Below are positions 49,666 through 64,000 of a DNA stretch of 64,000 nucleotides, one piece after another (positions within the stretch are counted from its first letter, which is position 1; each line of letters starts with the position of its first letter). The position numbers and the translations under genes are program-made. Source of the stretch: the human T2T-CHM13v2.0 reference genome, Homo sapiens; NCBI RefSeq assembly GCF_009914755.1, contig NC_060934.1; one strand, given 5' to 3'. Under the pieces are notes generated by a model. That model worked only from the letters and a program-made list of their open reading frames with translations, was not told the origin of the DNA and did not search any database.

Positions 49666-50324
49666 GTAAGAGGATTTGAGTAACACTAAATATAAACTTT
49701 ATTTAGTGGACCAATCTAGTTATAGTTCAGCTTTGTAGTACACCCAAAATAGATAAATTATTTTATTCCAATATCCATGAGATGTTTACAAAAATATATG
49801 AAGTATTAAATCTCTTGGGAAAATATCGATGTATTCCTCCAAAGGACAAAAATCAAAGCAAAACCAAAGATAAAACAAACTAACTAAGAAAAAAATCAAA
49901 TATTTTTCTACAAATGATATGATAATGGTTATTATCAATCTGAATGATCCTTGCGCTAATGTATTTTGAGACATATATGGACAAGTAATGACTATGAAAT
50001 GCCCATTCATCTGCAGCCTAGCACTGATTCTTTACAAAGGACCTTGATACCTTCTAGTCTCAAGAAGCCTTGATGACAATGACAGCGGGGTGAAAGCTGC
50101 AGGGAGAGAATGTGTATAAGCCATTGCATAGAACTGAGTCCACCTCTTCTTTCCAACCAGGTCAATGAAATAGTGCACCTGCAGCTAGAAGTCATGAAAG
50201 AACCAGCAAAGCACTTACCTATCAGCACAAATGCTATATTCCATCCATCTGCTATTTAGAGCAAAGTTTATCAAGCCTGAGTTTTGAACAAGCTCCTAAA
50301 CAGCACAGAAATGAACATAGTCTG

Positions 50325-50535
50325 CTTAGTGCAGGGCTTAACAACATGGACTTTAGCATCAGACAAACTTGTGTTTGAAACTCAGCTTTTCCACTTATAA
50401 AACTTGGACAATTTTCTTAACTTCTGTGAGGCTCAATGTTCTTATCTGTGAAATGAGCCTAATAATAGCAAATTAAATATAATCCCTGTAAAGAAGGCAG
50501 CACAGGGCCTGGCATAAAGCAGCAATTAAAAAGAA
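50325..50535 (+). mobile_element. MIR
   Basis: TTGGACAATTTTCTTAACTTCTGTGAGGCTCAATG...ATCTGTGAAATG...GCACAGGGCCTGGCATA. Confidence 0.75.
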
Positions 50536-50559
50536 AAAGTTTGCAATGTTCATATCATT

Positions 50560-52800
50560 GTTATTTTGAGAGTTAGCTTCAGTAAAAAGTGAAAGAAATT
50601 CCAGTCAGAAGAAATAGAAGAGGAAAGACACGACACAAGAAACAAAATAGTGTCTTAGGGGAAGTGTAAGGAATTTGATTTATTACAAAACAAAGAGTGG
50701 CAGAGAAGAATCTCCTGAGATAGGTAATGGCTATGCCATGGGAAACCTTCAGATGTCATGCCAAGGAGATCAGCCTTTATTAGGTGATAAATAGCTTTTG
50801 CGAGATTGTAGTGACAAGGAAAACATTTGAAATCTGTAATGACAAGGACAGATTTGTATTCTAGATAGATGACTCTCTCTACACTGTGGTAAGTGGATTG
50901 GAGGATGTCAAAGCCTCTGCAAAGTGTAACAGTTAGAAGGCTGTGACAGTGACTCACAAGGCGGTGAGCCTTGATAAATCAGTGATGGTAGAAGTAAAGC
51001 ACCAGAGATAGAGCTGATGTGTTTAAATACACACCTACACGTATATAATAAAATTAGTGAAAGTGTATGATTAATTCTAAGTGGGAAGGGAGAATAAAGT
51101 TGATCAAAGTGATCAAGATATCACCAGAGTGTCTGCCTTGGATAAAAAGAATGGTGGTACCTAGAATAGAGATAAAAAATACACGAGGAAAAGCAAACTT
51201 GGAAGCAAAGATGGAGAGCTCAAGTTTAGATTGTTGAGTGGCATGTGTCTATGGGACAGCCACCTATGTAAATCTAGAAGGAATTTGTTCAGTAAGACCT
51301 GAAACCAAGGGAGGGCTGGAAGTGGTGATTCGTGAGTCAGTGGCACAAATGGGAGTACAAACAGTAATGTTCCAGTCAGATGAAGGAACATCAATTAAGG
51401 AGACTGAGAAAGTATAATCAGAAGGATAAGATAAGAGAGAATGGAGAGTCTGATGTAACAGGAAGTACAGGAAAAGAGTTTCCAAAAAGCAAAGAGTTTT
51501 CCATAAAGTGAAAGAAAATTTTTAAAAATCCACTAAGATAATGACTGAAGAGTATCCTCTCATTTTTTTAAAAAAGGGAAACCAATAGATTGTAATAGTT
51601 TGAAGGAAGACTGGGAACACAAATGAAATCAAAATATGTAAGAAAAGGTAAGAAAAGTGGTGGCCACAGTGGAACTCAAAATGAAAAGATTTTTAAAAAT
51701 TATTAAACTGCAGCCTGCTGCATATCTCAAGTTAAATGTTCTGCAGGCACAGCAAGATCAGCATCTTCAAACTTCATCTCATTTCCACTCAATATTTTTT
51801 ATGAGACTTCAGTGTATTTATAGGAGGAGAGAAAGGAAGCAGTAGAGATGATAATGGTGAAAACATAGGAAAGATAAGGGATAACTAGTAGAGAACAATC
51901 CTAGAAGAGATGAGAGGGACTGGTATCATGATCACACTGAGGAGGCTTTGTTCAGCTATAAGTAGAGACAATTCCCGTCCTCTGAATCTGGAGGTAAGAA
52001 GGTGGTTTAGGCAATGGATGAAGTCTTGCTGTAGAGCAAGGTGAGTTTGAAATATATCAGTGAGGTCATACTGTCATCTTTCAAGAGTGAAAAGGGTTAG
52101 GTTGGATGAAGATTTTTGAGGACAGTGGTGAAAGTTTAAAATTATTTTTGAGGGGATCAGAGGTAGGAGAAGACTAAGAAAAAAATAAGGAAAATATTGA
52201 GTGGGCTCTGCCTGAGTGTGCAAATTCCCTCAGTAGCCTGAGTGGGATAGAGATGTACTGCAATGCTGATCTCAAAAAGCTGAGGGTTGTACTAAATGGG
52301 TGCAGTAGCACAAGGGTACTCTGTAGTTTAGGGTGTGGGTGAGAGAGTTGTTGGATGGAATATCCATGAGGCTCTGACAGAGTAGAGAAGTAAGTAAGAC
52401 CAGATGAGACCTACAAAAATAAGTAAAAGAGAAAGGATAAAAAATAAATGTGGAGGTCTCTCTGATGTAAAACAACAGAGAATCATGGGATCAGGAGTAA
52501 AAAAGAAATGGATGGATGAAGGTTATGATTTAGAAAGTCAGTTACCACATGTGAATTGATTTAGAGATGTTTTTGGGGGTAATGACAAGGCCTGTGGTGT
52601 GAATAACAAGATGGCTGACTGAAGTGGAGACAAACATCCCTGGGTCTCTGCATGCTAATGAAAGGAGGGGCCGTAGTGTTGGATTTTTGAAGTGGCAATA
52701 CAGTTACCCAGGATGGTGGCCCAACATAAGATAGAGCTAAAGTCTAAGCCAGATGCTGAGAATCAAAAGAAATGCAAGGAGGTAACTAGCAAAGCAGTAG
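50560..52800 (-). mobile_element. long L2 relic
   Basis: Purine-rich strand with L2 phrases (GATTTGTATTCTAGATAGATGACTCT, GTTGAGTGGCATGTG...GGGACAGCCAC, CAGTTACCCAGGATG). Confidence 0.65.
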
Positions 52801-52845
52801 ATGAGAGAAACAAAGATCTAGTTTCACATAATCTTGGGATATTGA

Positions 52846-53283
52846 TGCAGTAGGCTAAATGATGCCCACCCCACAAAGATATCCACACCAGTATCTGTGA
52901 ATTTGTTATCTTAAATGGTAAAAGAAACCTGGCTGAGATGATTAAGGATCTTGGGATGGGAAGATTTTCCTGGACTATCCACATGGGCTTAGTGTTATCA
53001 CATGGGTCCTTATAAGAGGGAGGGCAGAGGGTCAAAGTCAGGTGATGACAGAAGCAGAGGTCAAAGTGATGTGGGGCCATAAGCCAAGGAAAGTGGGTGG
53101 GTGGGCGGCCTCTGGAAGCTGGAAAAGGCAAGGAAACAGATAGTTCTCTAGTGCTTCCAGAGAGAATCCAGCCCTACCTTGATTTTAGGACTTCTGACCT
53201 CCAGGGCTGCAAGATACATTTGTGCAGTTTTAAGCCACTGAGTTTGTGGTAATCTGTTACAGAAGCCACAGAAAACTAATACA
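52846..53283 (+). mobile_element. MLT1D-like solo LTR, TSD ATTGA/ATTGT
   Basis: TGCAGTAGGCTAAATGATG...CAAAGATATCCAC...CTGGAAAAGGCAAGGAAACAGA...GAAAACTAATACA. Confidence 0.87.
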
Positions 53284-54244
53284 ATTGTTTCGCACAAACT
53301 CTCATGGGGAGTGCTAAAAGCCTTGGTGGAGACTGTTGTCATCTCTACTGGGAAGATGCATGCTCAGGTGTTGGCATGAGGATGAGGAGGCCTACGGGAA
53401 GGATAATTAGCATCATGCCCCTGGCTGGGTGGAGTGGATGGAGCATACTTGAGTGAAGTGTGATCATCTGCTGCTCATGATTCAGCTCTGACTTCTATCT
53501 TGGTGTTCAAGCAATGCTTCTCGTGGTGGCTTCTTATAGTCAGCTCCTCATTCCAGTTGCCATGGCCCTTTCAGGTCTGGTTTTCTCTTGGAATCTCCCC
53601 TCCAACAATCTTGCTTTTTAAAAATCTCCAATGTGATGAAATAAAGAAAATATTTACTACTCTCTGATTAAAATGTTCTCTCAGAGTCACCTGGATGAGT
53701 TTGTATTTTTAGACACCAAAACCTGGAAGACACCTTTTTCTTTCTGCTTTCTGACTAGTTTTATCTAGGACTGGGTGTATTGATTACAAGCCTACTAACT
53801 TCTTTAATGGGAAGTAGGCACAGAAAGAAAGAGGTAATATCTTTATAAATACAGGAATCAGGAAATCAAGAAGTGATTCTGGGCAAAAAGATGTCAGAAA
53901 CTCAGCAAAGGATATCTGGTTACCTACACAAAGGCTCAAGTAACAAATATAGGGTATCAGAGTTAGAAGGCAGCTTGCTTTTTACTTCATTCTGAGCCAG
54001 CTGTTCAGTCCATGGTCCCTGCCTAGCATAAGAACTGGACCTGGAGTATGAGTTCTGAGTTCAAAGATTGGGGCAAATCAGTAAATATTACTTTAATGCA
54101 AGAAAAAAAAACTATGGAACAAAATAGCCTTTGACAGGATATTTCTCTGTATTCCAGCTTGTTGAGTCTTAGAGTTATGCAATATTAAAAGTAAAGACAT
54201 CCTTCAAAGCAAGAAATACGAGTGATGATTGAGTGTGGTGTATT

Positions 54245-54480
54245 AAGGGTTAAGGCTCTGTGCTAAGTGCTTTATTTCCATTCAATCCTAATGATCAATT
54301 TGTGAGGCTGACATTATTATGCCTATCTGACAGAGGAAAAACCTGAAACTCAGAGAATGTAAGTGACCTCCCCAAAGGCATTCAGCTCAAAGGTATTTAG
54401 TAAAAGTCTCAGATGAAAATCAAACCTATTTTTGAGTGATTCAAAAATCCAGAAGGTGTGCTCTCTTTATTTCCACCATA
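54245..54480 (-). mobile_element. MIR
   Basis: TGTGCTAAGTGCTTTA...CAGAGGAAAAACCTGAAACTCAGAGA...AAGTGACCTCCCCAA. Confidence 0.75.
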
Positions 54481-55083
54481 TCGCTCCCCAGTAGTCTCAG
54501 TATCTAAGACCTACAAACTTCAGAAACATTCTTGAGCAGTCTTATTGTTATGCTGATGTGAGAAGTCAGGCAGCTTTAATTTAACATTCAATATATTTCT
54601 GGACGATATATGTCAATATTTCCTCTTAGAACTATGGGCAAATCTTTCAGTATCTAGCAAAATGTGTTTGTAATCTCCCTGGATTCTGCTTATTTCTGGC
54701 CAGCAAAGCACAGGCCAGATCACATTGCTTCAGTTTCTAATTTAATGGGACATTAAGCATCCATTTCTGGTACCTAAATTGTACCGACTCTGTTATTTAT
54801 AGAGCTTACATGCAAAGTGTTTAACTGAAATATGGAAATAAAAATAGGAAATGGATGGGTGCCTGCTATTGAGTCTCATAAGTGATCCCTTAATATTATT
54901 AAGTCCAGTAGGTAATGAGTGTTAAACAAATTTAGAAATTTTAAAATAAAGACTTAATTTCCTTCAGCTAAGGAGCTTCCAATTTTTATTTTGTGCTCCA
55001 AACATGTGCTTCTGGAAACAGTCAGGTCATCCATGCTTTATACATCATTCAGACATCTCTTGTTAATGGTGGTGCAATAAGGC

Positions 55084-55211
55084 TTCTTCTTCTCTCTTCT
55101 TCTCTCTCCCTCCTTCCCTTTCCTATTTTTCCTCCCCTTCCTTCTTTCCTTCCTTCCTTCGTTCCCTCCCTCCTTCCCCCAAGCTGTCTTTCTCTTTTTT
55201 TCTTTTCCTTT
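55084..55211. repeat. CT-rich low-complexity (CCTT)n-like polypyrimidine tract
   Basis: About 125 bp, nearly all C/T. Confidence 0.9.
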
Positions 55212-56050
55212 AATGTGATGAATCAATGCTGTAATGCAAACACCAGACATGGATTCTCAACGTGCACATGCTCAGCAGGGCAGAACTTTGTGAGCCTGTT
55301 TCAAAATTCCAGGAATAAAAGGAAATATACATAATCTGAATGCTGCCTTTTGCTGAGGACATTCAAAATAGATGTTTGCTTATTTTTACAGGTTTATAAA
55401 CACATGGAAAACAAAATTCCTTCTAAGAGATTCAGAAATGCAAACAGGTACATGGTAAGGGTTTGAAGTGCCTAAAATATAGATCTCCATGTAGGGGAGA
55501 TGGTCTGATGTCTGATTTCACTATTTGTTTATTAAAAAGCAGTTGGGAGTTATAGACTCTATCTCTCTACCCCTTCACACCTTGTATTAGATCAGTCAAT
55601 GTCCCATAAGGTTCCAATCCTCTCTTTCCATGCAACGGCAGCTCTGTATGTATCCCACCAGGCATGTTCTTTTCCAGATCAGACTATACCAGTGGATACC
55701 ACCCAAATTCTTTCAATTTCCAAAGTATCACATGATATTTTCGTGAAGTTCTGGGCATCAGGCCATTTACATCACAGAACACAAATGATTGAAAGAAATA
55801 TTAAACACTTGGAGTCCCTCCACTCTCCCTGTCCCTGAAGACTTCATCTGGGCTGCTACTCCAAGGAGAGCTGGGGCCCATTACCATGTTGTTTGGCTTC
55901 TTCTCCCTCTACCTGCTCTCTTCTCCCCATACTATCTTCTCATATACTCAGGCTTTCCAGGGAGGATTAAAATTCTTCATATTTCATTATGTACCACAAT
56001 TTAATTCTCTCTTTCTTGCTGTTTGCCCATCCTGATTATGCCATGAAGGC

Positions 56051-56167
56051 ACATTCTCACTTATAAATGGGAGCTAAAAAAGTGGATCTCATGGAGGTAG
56101 AGAGTAGAATGCTAGTTATTTCTGGTTGAGAAGAATGGGGGGAAGAGGAGATAAAGAAAAGTTGCTT
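56051..56167 (+). mobile_element. L1MA 3'UTR, left piece (target of the L1PA3 insertion)
   Basis: TTCTCACTTATAAATGGGAGCTAAAAAAGTGGATCTCATGGAGGTAGAGAGTAGAATG. Confidence 0.87.
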
Positions 56168-57073
56168 GGGGGAGGAGCCAAGATGGCCGAATAGGAACAG
56201 CTCTGGTCTACAGCTCCCAGCGTGAGCAACGCAGAAGATGGGTGATTTCTGCATTTCCATCTGAGGTACCCGGTTCATCTCACTAGGGAGTGCCAGACAG
56301 TGGGCGCAGGTCAGTGGGTGCGCGCACCGTGCGCGAGCCGAAGCAGGGCGAGGCACTGCCTCACTCGGGAAGCGCAAGGGGTCAGGGAGTTCCCTTTCCT
56401 ACTCAAAGAAAGTGGTGACAGACGGCACCTGGAAAATCGGGTCACTCCCACCCGAATACTGCGCTTTTCCGACGGGCTTAAAAAACGGCGCACCACGAGA
56501 TTACATCCCACACCTGGCTCAGAGGGTCCTATGCCCACCGAGTCTTGCTGATTGCTAGCACAGCAGTCTGAGATCAAACTGCAGGCGGCAGCGAGCCTGG
56601 GGGAGGGGTGCCCACCATTGCCCAGGCTTGCTTAGGTAAACAAAGCAGCCAGGAAGCTCAAGCTGGGTGGAGCCCACCACAGCTCAAGGAGGCCTGCCTG
56701 CCTCTGTAGGCTCCACCTCTGGGGGCAGGGCACAGACAAACCAAAAGACAGCAGTAACCTCTGCAGACTTAAATGTCCCTGTCTGACAGCTTTGAAGAGA
56801 GCAGTGGTTCTCCCAGCATGCAGCTGGAGATCTGAGAACAGGCAGACTGCCTCCTCAAGTGGGTCCCTGACCCCTGACCTCCAAGCAGCCTAACTGGGAG
56901 GCACCCTCCAGCAGGGGCACACTGACACCTCACACTGCAGGGTACTCCAACAGACCTGCAGCTGAGGGTCCTGTCTATTAGAAGGAAAACTAACAAACAG
57001 AAAGGACATCCACACCAGAAAACCATCTGTACATCACCATCATCAAAGACCAAAAGTAGATAAAACCACAAAG
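56168..57073 (+). promoter_or_regulatory. L1 5'UTR with internal sense promoter and antisense promoter; YY1 site at 56180-56188
   Basis: AAGATGGCC is intact. Apart from the AluY, this is the main CpG-dense segment of the window. Promoter roles are established for hominoid L1 5'UTRs, but activity of this copy is unknown. Confidence 0.75.
56311..56618 (-). pseudogene. L1 ORF0 remnant, frameshifted
   Basis: The ATG at 56618 reads MVGTPPPGSLPPAV*. The remaining ORF0-like peptide ISDCCASNQQDSVG...GVTRFSRC lies in another frame. Confidence 0.75.
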
Positions 57074-58090
57074 GTGGGGAAAAAACAGAGCAGAAAAACT
57101 GGAAACTCTAAAAAGCAGAGCGCCTCTCCTCCTCCAAAGGAACGCAGTTCCTCACCAGCAACAGAACAAAGCTGGACGGAGAATGACTTTGACGAGCTGA
57201 GAGAAAAAGGCTTCAGAAGATCAAATTACACCGAGCTACGGGAGGACATTCAAACCAAAGGCAAAGAAGTTGAAAACTTTGAAAAAAATTTAGAAGAATG
57301 TATAACTAGAATAACCAATACAGAAAAGTGCTGAAAGGAGCTGATGGAGCTGAAAACCAAGGCTCGAGAACTACGTGAAGAATGCAGAAGCCTCAGGAGC
57401 CGATGCGATCAACTGGAAGAAACGGTATCAGCGATGGAAGATGAAATGAATGAAATGAAGCGAGAAGGGAAGTTTAGAGAAAAAAGAATAAAAAGAAATG
57501 AGCAAAGCCTCCAAGAAACATGGGACTATGTGAAAAGACCAAATCTATGTCTGATTGGTGTACCTGAAAGTGACGGGGAGAATGGAACCAAGTTGGAAAA
57601 CACTCTGCAGGATATTATCCAGGAGAACTTCCCCAATCTAGCAAGGCAGCCCAACATTCACATTCAGGAAATACAGAGAATGCCACAAAGATACTCCTCG
57701 AGAAGAGCAACACCAAGACACATAATTGTCAGATTCACCAAACTTGAAATGAAGGAAAAAATGTTAAGGGCAGCCAGAGAGAAACGTCAGGTTACCCTCA
57801 AAGGGAAGCCCATCAGACTAACAGCAGATCTCTCGGCAGAAACTCTACAAGCCAGAAGAGAGTGGGGGCCAACATTCAACATTCTTAAAGAAAAGAATTT
57901 TCAACCCAAAATTTCATATCCAGCCAAACTAAGCTTCATAAGTGAAGGAGAAATAAAATACTTTACAGACAAGCAAATGCTGAGAGATTTTGTCAGCACC
58001 AGGCCTGCCCTAAAAGTGCTCCTGAAGGAAGCACTAAACATGGAAAGGAACAACCAGTACCAGCCGCTGCAAAATCATGCCAAAATGTAA
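57074..58090 (+). pseudogene. L1 ORF1p pseudogene
   Basis: GKKQSRKTGNSK...LQNHAKM. Start codon is GTG instead of ATG, and there is an in-frame TGA at 57332-57334. Confidence 0.95.
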
Positions 58091-58153
58091 AGACCATCGA
58101 GACTAGGAAGAAACTGCATCAACTAACGAGCAAAATAACCAGCTAACATCATA

Positions 58154-61971
<3,818 letters not shown>

Positions 61972-62215
61972 ACAATGAGAACACATGGACACAGAAAGGG
62001 GAACATCACACTCTGGGGACTGTTGTCGGGTGGGGGGAGGGGGGAGGGATAGCATTGGGAGATATACCTAATGCTAGATGACGAGTTAGTGGGTGCAGCA
62101 CACCAGCATGGCACATGTATACATATGTAACTAACCTGCACATTGTGCACATGTACCCTAAAACTTAAAGTATAATAATAATAAAAAAAAACAACAAAAA
62201 AAAGAAAAGTTGCTT

Positions 62216-62482
62216 AATGGGTACAAACATATTATTATATAGAAGAAATATGATTTATTATTTGACAGTATAGTATGGAGACTACAGTTAAAAATAATTC
62301 ATTGCATATTTCAAAATGGTTAGAAGAAAAGAATTGGAATGTGCTCAACATAAAAAAATAATAAATTCTTGAGCTGATGGATATCCCAGTTACCCTCATT
62401 TGATTATTACACATTGTACACATGTATCAAAATATAACATGTATCCCATAAATATGTATATTATATACCAAATTTTTAAAAA
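62216..62482 (+). mobile_element. L1MA 3'UTR, right piece
   Basis: AATGGGTACAAACATA...GATGGATATCCCAGTTACCCT...TATCCCATAAATATGTATA continues the piece ending at 56167. Confidence 0.87.
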
Positions 62483-62651
62483 GCTTTCATTCTAGAACCA
62501 AAGATTGCTTTGGTAAACAAAGAAAGTGGTCTGCACTCCGGAATTCTGCAGTCAGAATTGACTGTATACTTAGATCATTCATTGTTCCCTTTGAACCTCA
62601 CATTTGTGACAGAAGTTTCAACTCATAATATTTCTATAAGTTAGGCAGGAC

Positions 62652-63289
62652 GTATACACTGTTGGTGGGAATGTAAATTACTTCAGCTACTGTAGAAAGT
62701 GGTTTGGAGATTTCTCAAGGAACTTGAAACAGAACTACCATTTGACCCAACAATCCCATTACTAAGTATATACCCAAAGCAAAATAAATCATTCTACCAA
62801 AGAGACACATGCACCCATATGTTCATCTCAGCACTATTCACAATAACAAAGACATGGAATCAACCTAGGTGCCCATCAGCGATGGACTGGATAAAGTAAA
62901 TGTGGCACATATATACCATGGAATACTAAAAGACCAAAAACATGTCCTTTGCAGCAACATGGATGAAGCTGGAGGCCATTATCCTAAGCAAATTAATGCA
63001 AGCACTGAAAACAAAATACTGCATGTTATCACTTATAAGTGGAAGCTAAACATTGAATACACACACACATAAAGATGGGAGCAATGAACAATAAGGACTG
63101 CTGAAGGAGGAAGGGAGAAAGGGAGGGAGGGCTTAAGGACTGGGGGACTGCCAATTGGGTGCTGTGCTCACTGCCTTGAGTGACAGGATCATCCATACCT
63201 CAAACCTCAGCATCATGCAGTGTTCCCATGTGACAGACCTGTGCATGTACCCTCTGAATCTAAAATAAAAGTTGAAATTATTTTTTAAA
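62652..63289 (+). mobile_element. L1PA16/L1PB4-like 3' end with 14-bp TSD
   Basis: ORF 62699-62899 (WRFLKELETELPFDPTIPLL) and 3'UTR CCCTCTGAATCTAAAATAAAAGTTG. AAGTTAGGCAGGAC at 62638-62651 and 63290-63303. Confidence 0.92.
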
Positions 63290-63303
63290 AAGTTAGGCAG
63301 GAC

Positions 63304-63435
63304 TTAGCAAGATTATCCCCATTGTATGGATTCTGAGTCTCAGAGTCTCAGTGACTTACAGCTGGAAAATGATAGGTCTAGAACCAGAATGTGAGCCCTC
63401 AGAAGCCAAGTCTATTACTTGTGTCCTACACCATG
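63304..63435 (-). mobile_element. MIR fragment
   Basis: ATTATCCCCATTGTATGG...CTGAGTCTCAGAG...AGTGACTT. Confidence 0.55.
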
Positions 63436-63733
63436 CATGGCTCTACAGATGGTCAAAGTATTAGCAGACATATGGAAGGGGTGTGACTGTTTGGCTGCTA
63501 TTGGAGCAACACATTGTGATGAGCATGACACAATCATTGCTGAGCTCCTGAGGTAGGCAATATACTAAGAAAGGGTAGCATTAAACTCTTTGCATAATGG
63601 CACAAAATGTGGTCACCCAGTAGAGAAAAAAAAGGAAAATGAAAAAAAAAGTTGTATCTTATGAATAAGCTCACAGGTTGGAATATCGGCCTAGCTCTGT
63701 CACTAACCACTTCCCATTGAGACCCTGGATTGG

Positions 63734-64000
63734 TCTACCAGTCATATCCTAACAGGAGACAGATGGCAAAGGGGAGTTTCGGGAAGAGATTATTTTTAAA
63801 ATTATAGGAGGGTTAAGGAAAATCAACAAGGAATATAAAACTCCTGAGATTAGCAACCTAGGGAAACTGCTACTACCTTTAGTGCAATGGGAGAGAGAGA
63901 ACAAGAACCCCTTTAGACCTGACAAGGATGAGTGAGAGGAAAAATTATCCAACTTCTCTTTCTTCCTACCCTCTGATCTCATTCCAATGACTCCTTTTGG
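63734..64000 (-). mobile_element. old ERVL-type LTR fragment (LTR67B-like, uncertain)
   Basis: TACCAGTCA...CAGGAGACAGATGGCA...GGGTTAAGGAAAATCAACAAGG...CCCTCTGATCTC. Confidence 0.45.

Larger units (their letters stand above)
47400..49900 (+). mobile_element. ancient L1ME 5' region (ORF1 and start of ORF2)
   Basis: A-rich strand with ORF1-like CATCTAAAAGGAGTTCCA and EN-like ACAACCATAATGGGAGATTTAAC...CTCTCTCAGAAATC. Confidence 0.6.

Noticed and set aside
62028-62048. G-quadruplex motif
   Set aside because: A standard feature of L1PA 3'UTRs, not novel.

Overview
Eukaryotic, AT-rich, CpG-depleted primate DNA. An AluY and an L1PA3-type LINE point to human or another ape. The window is intergenic or deep-intronic, and I recognise no host protein-coding gene. 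Every ORF with a recognisable product is a broken LINE-1 ORF1/ORF2/ORF0 fragment. Main content: (1) a full-length 6.03-kb but inactivated L1PA3-like element (56168-62200) with a perfect 15-bp TSD, inserted into an older L1MA 3' end; (2) a 5.6-kb L1PB1-like element inside a THE1 LTR, which itself sits inside an ancient L1M; (3) many solo LTRs (MLT2A1, MLT1C/D, MER57, THE1, MST and others), several with readable TSDs; (4) DNA-transposon MITEs (MER1A, MER33/MER3, MADE2), Alus, MIR/L2 relics and microsatellites; (5) a 42-bp tailless 5S rRNA retropseudogene. I found no convincing previously undescribed biological system. The findings are modest: nested insertions, unusual junctions, a hairpin cluster, candidate non-coding exons and candidate enhancers. 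Repeat subfamily names come from my recollection of consensus sequences, not from a database search, and the boundaries of old elements are approximate.
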